64,000 nt of DNA from a bacterium (lineage in GTDB: Bacteria > Patescibacteriota > Microgenomatia > Curtissbacterales > GWA2-41-24), in assembly GCA_021813945.1 (NCBI GenBank), contig JAKAJD010000001.1, positions 270,742 through 334,741 on the forward strand. Reading direction: 5' to 3'. The notes beneath the pieces are model-generated. The model was not told the DNA's origin and ran no database searches. It worked only from the letters and a program-made list of their open reading frames with translations. Numbering within the stretch: position 1 is the stretch's first letter; each line of letters begins with the position of its first letter. A program made the translations under genes and the position numbers. Below, in pieces: positions 36,754-45,531 of this stretch.

Positions 36754-37794
36754 TTAGCTTTTCAAATACTTATCAAAAAAATCTACAGATCTTTTCATTG
36801 CAACTTCAAATGAAGGGGCAGAAATATTGTGGTCTGCACCCTGATATTTGTAAAATTCCACAGTTTTTCCGGAAGCTTTCATCTTATCGTAAAGCTTTTG
36901 CGAAAAGTCTGGCGGGACTTCTTCATCTGCTTCTCCAGCGTGTAGTTGGACCGGAGCTGTAATTAATTCCAAATGAAAAGTCGGGTCAATTGCATCCCAA
37001 AAAGTTGGGTTGCTTTGCGGTGTGCCAAATTGTTTTATCAAATCCGATCTACTTCTGTTTCTAAGCGCTAGCTCTCTTTGGGAAGGCTGGTAAGCAACCC
37101 TTCTTTGCCACTTATTCATTAAGTCATCATATGAACCGACAACCCCACCCCAAATCACGGCTGCCTTAATATCCGGCGAAACCTCTAAGTCCCGAAGCGT
37201 AATATTTCCTCCCATTGAATGCCCCCACATGCCGACCTTTACCGGATTTGCATCCTTATATTTTTTAATTGAAGAGATAGCGTTTAAAACATCAGTTGCA
37301 TAAGCAGGGGAGTAATATGCACCTTCCGGTTGTCCTTCCGAATTTCCATTCCCTCGGTAATCCGGCTTTAAAACAATATAGCCATCTCTGGCAAATGCGT
37401 TAACGTAGGCAACATACCTTTCTGTCGGTTTATAAATTTCAGGTGGAATATAGCCATGATTGAAAATGATAACCGGCCAACCGCCCTCCGGTTTATTACC
37501 TGAAGGAACAGTCAAAAGACCATAAATCTTCAACCCGTCGGATTTGTAAGATGCAATATATTGATGATAATTCTCTCCTTCTGATAACGTTTCCTCAATC
37601 ACAATATCGCTGCCTGGATAATCCTTTGACCGCATCACATTAATGGCTAGAGGGTTATCAACAACAGGCGACGGGGAAGCTTTAGGCAAATTTGGAATCT
37701 TATAATTAATGTTGTTTCGATTTAAAAGAAAAAAGGTACCCAAAAGCACAGCCATCAGCAAAACAGCGACAACAATCCATTTGTTTTTCATCAC
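36754..37794 (-). CDS. Alpha/beta-hydrolase (S9 peptidase / esterase family)
   Basis: Nucleophile elbow 'GHSMGG'. Signal anchor. 346 aa. Confidence 0.65.
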   Translation of the reverse strand: MMKNKWIVVAVLLMAVLLGTFFLLNRNNINYKIPNLPKASPSPVVDNPLAINVMRSKDYPGSDIVIEETLSEGENYHQYIASYKSDGLKIYGLLTVPSGNKPEGGWPVIIFNHGYIPPEIYKPTERYVAYVNAFARDGYIVLKPDYRGNGNSEGQPEGAYYSPAYATDVLNAISSIKKYKDANPVKVGMWGHSMGGNITLRDLEVSPDIKAAVIWGGVVGSYDDLMNKWQRRVAYQPSQRELALRNRSRSDLIKQFGTPQSNPTFWDAIDPTFHLELITAPVQLHAGEADEEVPPDFSQKLYDKMKASGKTVEFYKYQGADHNISAPSFEVAMKRSVDFFDKYLKS

Positions 37795-37834
37795 AAAAAT
37801 TATATCAGTAAAAATATGCTAAAATTCCTCTTGC

Positions 37835-37917
37835 GCCGAAGTGGCGGAATGGCAGACGCGCAGCGTTCAGGACGCTGTGGGCATTTGCCCGTGGAGGTTC
37901 GACTCCTCTCTTCGGCA
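37835..37917 (+). tRNA. tRNA-Leu (anticodon CAG)
   Basis: GCCGAAGTGGCGGAATGGCAGACGCG CAGCGtTCAGGAcGCTG with a long variable arm and GGAGGTTCGACTCCTCTCTTCGGCA. Confidence 0.85.
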
Positions 37918-37929
37918 CAAAAGTGGCGA

Positions 37930-38011
37930 GCGGTCGTGGCGGAATTGGTATACGCGTACGCTTGAGGTGCGTATCCCGCAAGGGTTGGAGGTTCGAGTCC
38001 TCTCGACCGCA
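37930..38011 (+). tRNA. tRNA-Leu (anticodon GAG)
   Basis: GCGGTCGTGGCGGAATTGGTATACGCG TACGCtTGAGGtGCGTA with a long variable arm and GGAGGTTCGAGTCCTCTCGACCGCA. Confidence 0.85.
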
Positions 38012-38016
38012 CAGAG

Positions 38017-38451
38017 ATGCCTGTACACAAGTTAGATACTAAAGTCTATTTTGGTCAAAAAGCCTTCATTGTTAAAAATGGCAAGCTTTTGGTCTTGAGA
38101 GATCCAAATTCCGTCATTGGTGGACAATCTGGAATAGACATGCCTGGTGGGAAATTCCGGTGGGGTGGAAATCTTGGGGAGGAGCTCCGGAGGGAAGTAA
38201 AAGAAGAGACTAATCTAGAGATCGAAATAGGAGACCCTATTGTTGTCTATACCTATTTTGGAGACAGGAGAAAAACTGGCACATCTAGCCATACAGTTTT
38301 AGTCGGGTACTTATGCAAATACAAGTCTGGCGAGGTAACTTTATCTGAAGAACACGATAGTTATGAATGGGTGGATAAAAAAACCTACAAGAATTGGGCC
38401 GACAAAACAGAAACTTACAGGGCTGTAGAAAAATTCTTTAAGGGCACTTAG
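38017..38451 (+). CDS. NUDIX hydrolase
   Basis: Nudix box 'GGKFRWGGNLGEELRREVKEETNLEI'. The stop overlaps the start of tRNA-Val. Confidence 0.7.
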   Translation: MPVHKLDTKVYFGQKAFIVKNGKLLVLRDPNSVIGGQSGIDMPGGKFRWGGNLGEELRREVKEETNLEIEIGDPIVVYTYFGDRRKTGTSSHTVLVGYLCKYKSGEVTLSEEHDSYEWVDKKTYKNWADKTETYRAVEKFFKGT

Positions 38452-38515
38452 CTCAGCTGGTTAGAGCGTCTCGTTTACACCGAGAAGGTCGGGGGTTCGA
38501 ATCCCTCAGTGCCCA
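38442..38515 (+). tRNA. tRNA-Val (anticodon TAC)
   Basis: GGGCACTTAGCTCAGCTGGTTAGAGCG TCTCGtTTACAcCGAGA AGGTCGGGGGTTCGAATCCCTCAGTGCCCA. Confidence 0.85.
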
Positions 38516-38520
38516 CAATT

Positions 38521-39411
38521 TCAAAAGTCCCAAGGCTTGATATCTACTGAAGGGTTTATTCTTTTCACAATACCAGCAAGCGCATCGCCTGGCCCAATTA
38601 CATAAAATTCTTTCCCACCCCTTTTGATCATTTCACGAACATCGTTCACCCAAAGAACGCGTGACGTAACTTGGTTTGCTAAATTATCGCGAATTTCAAT
38701 GGCACGCCCGACATACTTTGCAGTAACGTTTGTAACAAGAGGAATCTTAGGATCTTTAACTTCGACCTCCCTCATAAAACGAGCGATTTTGTCACGTACA
38801 GGTTCCATTAAGGAACAATGAGAAGCGACGTCAATCGGCAAAAGCTTAAATTTACCACGGTATTCTGCAATCAAATCGGCTGCTTTTGTCACAAGATCAC
38901 GCTCGCCGGCAATAACGATTTGGGTATCACTGTTAACATTAGCAACTTCAACACCTGTTCTTTCGCAAATTTCCTCAACAATTTCTAGTTTTAGGCCGAG
39001 ACTTGCGGCCATAGCACCAGGCACTACCTCGCCTTGCTCCTCCATCCATGTTCCGCGTTTATGTGCTAGCCGGACTGCATCCTCAAGAGTAAGAGCCTGG
39101 GATATAACAGCTGCCGATATTTCTCCCAGGCTATGACCAGCAACCTGGTTTGGGACAACACCTTCTTCTTCCAAAACATTCGCCCCTGCCACTTGCAGCG
39201 AAACAATTGCAGGCTGGGCAAATCCTGCATGAGCCAATTTGCCATCTGGGTCGTCAAAACACAATTGGGGAATGTCTATTCCTAAGGCTTCACTTGCGCG
39301 CTCAAAAATCTTTCTCGCCACATCTGACTGGGCGTAAATTTCCCTACCCATACCGGCATGCTGATTGCCCTGTCCACTAAACACAAAGGCCGTGGCCAGC
39401 TCTTTTGCCAT
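38521..39411 (-). CDS. fabD: Malonyl-CoA:ACP transacylase
   Basis: 'VAGHSLGEISAAV' active-site motif. 296 aa aligns over the whole FabD length. Confidence 0.9.
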   Translation of the reverse strand: MAKELATAFVFSGQGNQHAGMGREIYAQSDVARKIFERASEALGIDIPQLCFDDPDGKLAHAGFAQPAIVSLQVAGANVLEEEGVVPNQVAGHSLGEISAAVISQALTLEDAVRLAHKRGTWMEEQGEVVPGAMAASLGLKLEIVEEICERTGVEVANVNSDTQIVIAGERDLVTKAADLIAEYRGKFKLLPIDVASHCSLMEPVRDKIARFMREVEVKDPKIPLVTNVTAKYVGRAIEIRDNLANQVTSRVLWVNDVREMIKRGGKEFYVIGPGDALAGIVKRINPSVDIKPWDF

Positions 39412-39485
39412 TTATAAAACGTATTCTATACCAACAAGACACTTTTGCAAGTTGAAGCCTCACAAAATATAATTTATTAAAGTTA

Positions 39486-39845
39486 ATGAAAAAAATAAAC
39501 GTTAGCGATTTAACCTGGGAACCGGCAAGCCACGAAGATCCAAAAGATCCGGGCGTCTTAAAAAAGGTTATCGTTGCTCACAGCGACGTTGACCCTAAAT
39601 CAAAACTAATGATGATAAACGTATCCAAAGTGCCTGTAGGCAAAACCCATGTTGCACACTCACATAAAACCATGGAAGAGATATTCTACTTTACAGGCGG
39701 CAAAGGTGAAGTTGAAATAAATGGCGAAAAATCAAAAGTAGAAACAGGGGACAGAGTCATAGCAAAAGCAGGCGAAATTCACCAGATTACAAATACAGGC
39801 CCCAATGAGTTAAAATTCATAGGCATTGGTATTGCGCTAGATTAA
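39486..39845 (+). CDS. Cupin-domain protein
   Basis: 'GGKGEVEINGEKSKVETGDRVIAKAGEIHQITNTG' is typical of cupin_2. Confidence 0.55.
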   Translation: MKKINVSDLTWEPASHEDPKDPGVLKKVIVAHSDVDPKSKLMMINVSKVPVGKTHVAHSHKTMEEIFYFTGGKGEVEINGEKSKVETGDRVIAKAGEIHQITNTGPNELKFIGIGIALD

Positions 39846-39864
39846 GCGAAGTCCATTCCGACGC

Positions 39865-39937
39865 GCCGAGGTGGCAGAGGCGGTCAACGCACCCGTCTGA
39901 AAAACGGGCTATGTCGGTTCGATTCCGACCCTCGGCA
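39865..39937 (+). tRNA. tRNA-Phe (anticodon GAA)-like with atypical D arm
   Basis: Perfect 7-bp acceptor stem GCCGAGG/CCTCGGC. Perfect anticodon stem CCCGT/ACGGG with loop cTGAAAa. Perfect T arm GTCGG-TTCGATT-CCGAC. The D stem forms only 2 bp plus an A·C mismatch. Confidence 0.5.
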
Positions 39938-39944
39938 CAGACAC

Positions 39945-40520
39945 ATGCAGTATACTTCTTGCTTTGTTGGAATACCGCTTCCAGACAAATTTCAAAACGA
40001 GTTTGAAAAAACCTTAGATAAAGTTAAGAAACTATACCCAAATTGGCAAATTGTATATCCAAAAACGCCGCACGTAACCGTCTATTATCTGGACAAACAA
40101 TCACAAAGCGTCCTACCCCAAATTGCACGCGCTGTCTCGAAAGAAACTCGATTGATTAAAAGTATTTCCCTAAAAGTCCAAGGCTTCGATTTTTTCGCAA
40201 AAGAAGATTCAAGGCAGGGAATAATTTTTTTGAATGTAATTTACCCTACAGCATTTGAAAATTTTAACCACACGCTAACCAATAAATTAAACAATTATCA
40301 CGCAGTAGACAACAACCTGCCATTTCATCCGCATGTAACCATCGCCAGAATTAACGAACCTGGTGGCGATTCAAATTTAAAAAATTCAGTAAAGCTTCTT
40401 AATTCAAAAATCGATCAAATTAATTGGGAATTCGCCATAAACGAAGTTGCAATTTATGGTGTAAATTCAAGAATTCAACCGCAGAGCCAAAAGAGGTTAA
40501 TATCGATAAAATTTGGTTGA
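39945..40520 (+). CDS. 2H phosphoesterase superfamily (LigT/2'-5' RNA ligase-like)
   Basis: Two HxT/SxV motifs, 'HVTVYY' and 'HPHVTIAR'. 191 aa. Confidence 0.65.
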   Translation: MQYTSCFVGIPLPDKFQNEFEKTLDKVKKLYPNWQIVYPKTPHVTVYYLDKQSQSVLPQIARAVSKETRLIKSISLKVQGFDFFAKEDSRQGIIFLNVIYPTAFENFNHTLTNKLNNYHAVDNNLPFHPHVTIARINEPGGDSNLKNSVKLLNSKIDQINWEFAINEVAIYGVNSRIQPQSQKRLISIKFG

Positions 40521-40524
40521 TATT

Positions 40525-41649
40525 TCAAACCACACCAGCCCCTACTGCTTCTGAAATATTTTTGAACCCATCGGTTTTCAGTCTATCCGAAAGCCCTAGG
40601 TTAATTTGCGCAATAAGCTGCGGCCCAACAAAAATCATACCGGTTATAAGTTCTACCAATTGCGCACCTTTTTTAATCTTTATGTAAGCATCCTCGGCAC
40701 TAAAAACACCCCCGCAACCTACAATTACAAACCGGTCTTTGAAATTGCGGTAAGCCAGTTCTATCAGCTCATTAGATCTTTGCCAGGTAGCCTTGCCACT
40801 AAAATTTCCTACTTTGAATTTTTTTGCCTCTTTTTTATCCAAAGCCGGGTCATTCCTATTGGTCTGCAAATTTCCAAATATCACCCCGGCTATTTTGTGC
40901 TTTGAGGCAACATTAAGAAGCGCGAGTGTCAGTTGATTCGATTTAGTAATCGGCATTTTTAAAAAAATTGGCTTTTTCACTTTAACCTTATCAAGAGTTT
41001 CTAAAAGCAAATCGAGTTTTTTAGGTTCATAAAAGGTCACATTCCCAGACAGGTTTGGACAACTGATATTTAGTTCGTAGTAACTATTAGAAACTTTTGC
41101 TGATTCAAAAATTTTAAAAGCGGAAACGACATCTCTTACACTTTCCGCTTGGCCTAAATTTGGATTATTTGTTCTTCCAACACTTATCCCAACAGGAATA
41201 TCAAACATCATCCTTTTAAGTTTAGTTGATATCGCGCGGGCGCCTGTATTCTTAAAACCTTTATTAACCATCAGCGATTTAGACTTCGGTAGCCTTCCTA
41301 ACATTGGCTTAGGATTTCCTTCGTAAGAATTATTGGTAATCGTCCCAACACTATGGAACCCAAACCCCAAAGTTGGCGTGATCTGTGTAAGCCGTGCTTC
41401 ATAATCAAAACCTGCAGAAAGGCCAATAGGGGAATAAAACTTTATCCCCAAAATCTTTTGTGAAATGTTTTTATCTTTATTAGAAAGAACTGCTGCGAAG
41501 ATTTTTTCTAAAAGTCCGACTTTTCCTAAAAATTCACCGACACCAGTTATTGAATTATGAACAACTTCGGCATCTATTCTAAAAGCGATTTGCTTAAAGA
41601 TAAATTTGTATAAAATTTCAAAAAGAAAAAGTATAAATTTTCTTGCCAC
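40525..41649 (-). CDS. pyrD: Dihydroorotate dehydrogenase (quinone, class 2)
   Basis: 'GFDYEARLTQI', 'GFGFHSVGTIT' and 'GNPKPMLGRL', plus C-terminal 'VGCGGVFSAEDAYIKIKKGAQLVELITGMIFVGP'. N-terminal membrane-association helix. Confidence 0.8.
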   Translation of the reverse strand: MARKFILFLFEILYKFIFKQIAFRIDAEVVHNSITGVGEFLGKVGLLEKIFAAVLSNKDKNISQKILGIKFYSPIGLSAGFDYEARLTQITPTLGFGFHSVGTITNNSYEGNPKPMLGRLPKSKSLMVNKGFKNTGARAISTKLKRMMFDIPVGISVGRTNNPNLGQAESVRDVVSAFKIFESAKVSNSYYELNISCPNLSGNVTFYEPKKLDLLLETLDKVKVKKPIFLKMPITKSNQLTLALLNVASKHKIAGVIFGNLQTNRNDPALDKKEAKKFKVGNFSGKATWQRSNELIELAYRNFKDRFVIVGCGGVFSAEDAYIKIKKGAQLVELITGMIFVGPQLIAQINLGLSDRLKTDGFKNISEAVGAGVV

Positions 41650-41715
41650 AGCAAGATTTTAGCTCGCTACGATAAACAAATCAAAATGTATTGAGTTCGG
41701 CGTTTACGCAAGAAG

Positions 41716-42351
41716 TTAATTAGCGCTAGATTTAGTCGCTGAAATAGAAATTCCAAAAGCATCAGCAGCCTCAACCAAGCTCCTTCTAAGAAGAGCATAT
41801 TCCATTCTAGTCATCTCATCCCTGGGAAGGGAATCAATTTCAAAGCGCCTCGGCCCACGATTGTCGACACGCAAATCGTAGGTCTGGTCAAAATACAAAG
41901 TGAAATTCATACCCAAACCGTCATCAAATGTAAATTTTGGGTAATGCTCCAAGCCTCTTGCCCCTTGCTGCTCATATGCATGTGGCTCGGCACTGACAGA
42001 AATTCTTTGGGGATATCCGTCTTCGCCCGAAATTAACGTTTCGTCCCAAAATATCTCATGATCAGTATTGCAAAAATCAGGGTGTTCGCTTGCATCATGA
42101 CCGTTTACCTTCAGCCATTCACGCATTTTCCTAACAATGTCCATAAGCTCATCTTTTTCACTTTCGAAAACTGTTTCCGGTTCTTCACCAAAAAAAGCAG
42201 ACTGAACCGTTCTTGACCATTCGTCGGGAGTTGTCCTGCGATATTCAGGAAACTGGCCATTGACCGATCGGATTGCAGCAATAGCATCAACCGCTCTATA
42301 AGTTCGCTCAACCATTCGGGAAATTATATTACTTCGCTTACACAAAGACAA
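41716..42351 (-). CDS. Hypothetical protein (GC-rich cassette, downstream gene)
   Basis: 211 aa, acidic, no motif recognised. Confidence 0.45.
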   Translation of the reverse strand: MSLCKRSNIISRMVERTYRAVDAIAAIRSVNGQFPEYRRTTPDEWSRTVQSAFFGEEPETVFESEKDELMDIVRKMREWLKVNGHDASEHPDFCNTDHEIFWDETLISGEDGYPQRISVSAEPHAYEQQGARGLEHYPKFTFDDGLGMNFTLYFDQTYDLRVDNRGPRRFEIDSLPRDEMTRMEYALLRRSLVEAADAFGISISATKSSAN

Positions 42352-42371
42352 GCTACCCTAACCAACTTTAC

Positions 42372-43229
42372 CTATCTGGGGGAAAGGCGTGCCACATCCT
42401 TGAGAAATGGGAGGGAAGTCACACTTTCTTCTCCTAAAAGCACCCCGAACACTGCTTCCGGCTGATGAATCCTTATCAAACGATGACCGTGATTTGCGTC
42501 GGGACCCTCTTGTCCGTTTGGATAGTCATTTCTCACTATAATATTCCCGATACTGAAGCCAAAATGGTTAATAAACCCGTTATAAACTCTCTGCAGAGTA
42601 GAGTCATCATTTAGCGTAAGTCTATTTTCCACATTGCTGAGTCTGGCAACCAACGCACCCATTAAAAAGGGTGAAAAGCGGGATCTTGCATTTAGAAATC
42701 TTGCGCTGGGGCGCGGATCGAGCATAAAATCGAATCTTTCTGGATCAACATAAATTCTAAGTTCGTCCTGGCCTTCATGAATTTCTCCCCAAGTACCTAC
42801 TGTTGTTTTAAGTAATTCTCTCTTTTCCGGCCTGTCAGATTCAGTACCAACCATTACATAATGTGTCCTACTCCAATTAACCCGTTCGACTTGAAGTCTT
42901 CCCTGCGCAAGACCCACAAAAAAGGCCTTTTGGTTCAAAGGCAACTCGCCATGTCGAACTTCAGGAAGCGGCCTGGTATAAATATCATGTTCCCTAAATT
43001 TTTTCTCGACAGTTCTCGGGTGCAAGTGGAAAAGTTCTGCAAGCTCGTCAAGTGTATATATCTGGCCGGTTCGAGGATTAGTGCATCGTCTCAAGCGAAC
43101 AAGCAAAGTGTCGGTTGCCTTCCTTTGCTCTTCAGGCGATACCTTGCAAACGCGAGGTGGAGGAAGAGGTGCCTCTTCAACATCCGGTACAACAAGATGT
43201 AAATATGCTCTTTCAGCGACAGCTGTCAC
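42372..43229 (-). CDS. Hypothetical protein with N-terminal HTH and two degenerate LAGLIDADG-like repeats (GC-rich cassette, upstream gene)
   Basis: HTH-like 'TGQIYTLDELAELFHLHPRTVEKKF'. Repeats 'FFVGLAQGRL' and 'FLMGALVARL' lie about 90 aa apart. The acidic catalytic residues of true LAGLIDADG are absent. Confidence 0.4.
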   Translation of the reverse strand: MTAVAERAYLHLVVPDVEEAPLPPPRVCKVSPEEQRKATDTLLVRLRRCTNPRTGQIYTLDELAELFHLHPRTVEKKFREHDIYTRPLPEVRHGELPLNQKAFFVGLAQGRLQVERVNWSRTHYVMVGTESDRPEKRELLKTTVGTWGEIHEGQDELRIYVDPERFDFMLDPRPSARFLNARSRFSPFLMGALVARLSNVENRLTLNDDSTLQRVYNGFINHFGFSIGNIIVRNDYPNGQEGPDANHGHRLIRIHQPEAVFGVLLGEESVTSLPFLKDVARLSPR

Positions 43230-43266
43230 TATCTAATAATAGTCAGAAATCTAAAAAATTCAAAGG

Positions 43267-43338
43267 AGCGGGTGATGGGGATCGAACCCACGCTCTTCCA
43301 CTTGGCAAGCGGACGTTTTACCACTAAACTACACCCGC
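43267..43338 (-). tRNA. tRNA-Gly (anticodon GCC)
   Basis: Reverse complement reads GCGGGTGTAGTTTAGTGGTAAAACG TCCGCtTGCCAaGTGGA AGAGCGTGGGTTCGATCCCCATCACCCGCT. Confidence 0.85.
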
Positions 43339-43442
43339 GAAATCAAACAAAATTATATCTCAGGCAAAAACTTTCGACAACTGCAAAAATTTTGATCTGG
43401 ATCGTCCATATGGTAAAATAGCAACTCAATCGCCAAGCACGC

Positions 43443-44111
43443 TTGGCTTTTTATATGCAAAAAAGAGGAAAAACACTCCGTTTGCCCCCTAATTTGACAC
43501 GAAAGTTCATTCATGCAATAGTAGTTCTAGAAAAGCGCATGTTCAAAAAACTTGCCCTTGGGTTTGCCTGGCTTGCAATTACCCCAGTATTAATTCTCAC
43601 ACTGGGTTTTTACGTAGCCTCCCAAAAATCCCAAACTGCATCATCCCAAAAACTTCAAGCTTCCCTTAATAGTCAAAACTTAGACATAGACAACACTATA
43701 AGCGGCCAGGTCTTAGGTGAAAAAATAACAGATATGAGGCCAATTTTGGTATCAGATTTTCTTAAAGGAACACCTCTTGCACCATATTCTAAATACATGG
43801 TAGAGGTTGCCGACAAATACGATATCGACTACCGCCTTATTCCGGCAATAGCCATGAAAGAATCAGGCGGGGGAGCAGCTGTAAATCAGGCAACCCATAA
43901 TGCATGGGGTTTTGAAAATGGCAGCACAAAATTCGAAAGCTGGGAGGCAGCAATAGATATTGTGGGAAAAACTCTCAAAAACCGCTATATAGCAAAAGGT
44001 TTGACGACCCCGGAACAAATTATGGCCGTTTACGCTCCGCCAGCGCTTGCTACAGGCGGTCAATGGGCAAAAGACATCAATTACTACTTCTCCCAAATGC
44101 AAATCCTCTAA
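43443..44111 (+). CDS. Glucosaminidase-domain peptidoglycan hydrolase (FlgJ/lysozyme-like)
   Basis: 'LIPAIAMKESGGGAAVNQATHNAWG' resembles the glucosaminidase 'A.A.LESGWG' motif. Signal anchor. The true start may be the internal Met 'MFKKLALGF' at about 43539. Confidence 0.5.
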   Translation: MAFYMQKRGKTLRLPPNLTRKFIHAIVVLEKRMFKKLALGFAWLAITPVLILTLGFYVASQKSQTASSQKLQASLNSQNLDIDNTISGQVLGEKITDMRPILVSDFLKGTPLAPYSKYMVEVADKYDIDYRLIPAIAMKESGGGAAVNQATHNAWGFENGSTKFESWEAAIDIVGKTLKNRYIAKGLTTPEQIMAVYAPPALATGGQWAKDINYYFSQMQIL

Positions 44112-44151
44112 AACTGTAGAAGTAGTCCGTTGTCAGTAGTACAATCCGTTT

Positions 44152-45531
44152 ATGGATCTTCGACAATATCTTGCCCTTGCTATAGGAAAATTAGCACAGT
44201 TTATGCTTAAAATCTCAGGTTCGGGTGCAACAGCAGCACCTGGGCTAATTGCCCTAAAAATTGATCCAAATCTGGTAAAAAAACTTTCTTCAAAAATCCC
44301 ACAAGGATCAATAATCATCTCGGGCACAAATGGCAAAACAACAACGGCTCGACTTATCTTCGATATGCTTTCTAAAAATTACGCAATTGTTCACAACAGG
44401 CAAGGTTCAAACCTTATGCGCGGAATTGCATCCGCCCTTATATCAAAAGCAAATCCCACTGGAAATATCAAAGCAGATTTGGCCGTTTGGGAAATAGATG
44501 AAGCTACGCTGCCTCAAGCAATTGATTCGACAAACCCTAAAACAATCGTCCTTCTAAACTTATTCCGGGATCAACTCGACAGGTACGGAGAAGTAGAAAT
44601 TACCCGCAAAAAATGGCAGGAAGCCTTAACAAACCTTCCAAAGGAAACAACACTAATCTTAAACGCAGACGACCCCGGAATCGCCAGTCTTTCAAAAATA
44701 ACCAAGGCTAAAATGGTAACTTTTGGCATAAAAGATCACAAAATATCTCGTGGCAATCAAACAGGCGTTCTAGACATAAAAAGCTGCCCGATTTGCCAGG
44801 GAAAACTAGACTATAAATCTTATACGCTGGGCCATCTTGGCGAATATTTGTGTACCAAATGCGGTTTCAAAAAACCTAATCTTCAACTCTTTGCATCGGA
44901 CATTGATCAAGCTAAAGATTTTTCGACCTCTATGAATTTGGTGCTTGGAGCAAAAAAAATTAAAATTAAGTACAAACTGCCTGGAATCTATAATGCTTAC
45001 AATATCTTGGCCTCAGCAGCTGTCGGCCAAACATACGCACTATCACCAAAAGATATCGCCAAATCAACCGAAAACTTTTCTCCTGTTTTTGGCCGTTTTC
45101 AGTCTGTGCAAATAGGGAACAAATCAGTCTTGATCTTTTTAATAAAAAACCCGACAGGTGCAAACGAGGTTGTCAAAGTCCTTTCTCAGCAAAGCGCCCT
45201 AAACCTGCTTGTTATCCTAAACGATAACTTTGCAGACGGAAGGGATGTTTCCTGGATTTGGGATACAAAGTGGGAAGCACTCTCCCAAAAAACCAAGAAG
45301 CTGACGATATCAGGAACACGTGCCTGGGATATGGCAACACGCTTAAAATACGCAAACTTCAATTTGAGTAAAAATAATGTTTATGAACAAATTGAAACCT
45401 CAATCGAAGCTGCGACAACTGCATTGAGCAACAATGATACTCTAGTAATTCTGCCTACTTACACTGCTTTGATGCCGGTTGAAAAATCACTAAGTAAGTA
45501 CACAAAAATAGTCAAATGGCACAAACAGTAG
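44152..45531 (+). CDS. murT: Lipid II isoglutaminyl synthase, Mur-ligase-like subunit MurT
   Basis: P-loop 'GTNGKTTTARLI'. Cys4 ribbon 'CPICQGKL...CTKCG'. C-terminal DUF1727-like domain. Followed by gatD. Confidence 0.8.
   Translation: MDLRQYLALAIGKLAQFMLKISGSGATAAPGLIALKIDPNLVKKLSSKIPQGSIIISGTNGKTTTARLIFDMLSKNYAIVHNRQGSNLMRGIASALISKANPTGNIKADLAVWEIDEATLPQAIDSTNPKTIVLLNLFRDQLDRYGEVEITRKKWQEALTNLPKETTLILNADDPGIASLSKITKAKMVTFGIKDHKISRGNQTGVLDIKSCPICQGKLDYKSYTLGHLGEYLCTKCGFKKPNLQLFASDIDQAKDFSTSMNLVLGAKKIKIKYKLPGIYNAYNILASAAVGQTYALSPKDIAKSTENFSPVFGRFQSVQIGNKSVLIFLIKNPTGANEVVKVLSQQSALNLLVILNDNFADGRDVSWIWDTKWEALSQKTKKLTISGTRAWDMATRLKYANFNLSKNNVYEQIETSIEAATTALSNNDTLVILPTYTALMPVEKSLSKYTKIVKWHKQ

Noticed and set aside
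37800-38035. ORFs 37800..38030 (-) and 37841..38035 (+) from the six-frame track
   Set aside because: Both lie entirely over the two tandem tRNA-Leu genes (37835-37917, 37930-38011). They are open frames through structured RNA, not proteins.
42372-43229. Calling the 285-aa protein an active LAGLIDADG homing endonuclease
   Set aside because: The two LAGLIDADG-like repeats lack the conserved acidic catalytic residues. Only a fold-level resemblance is suggested.
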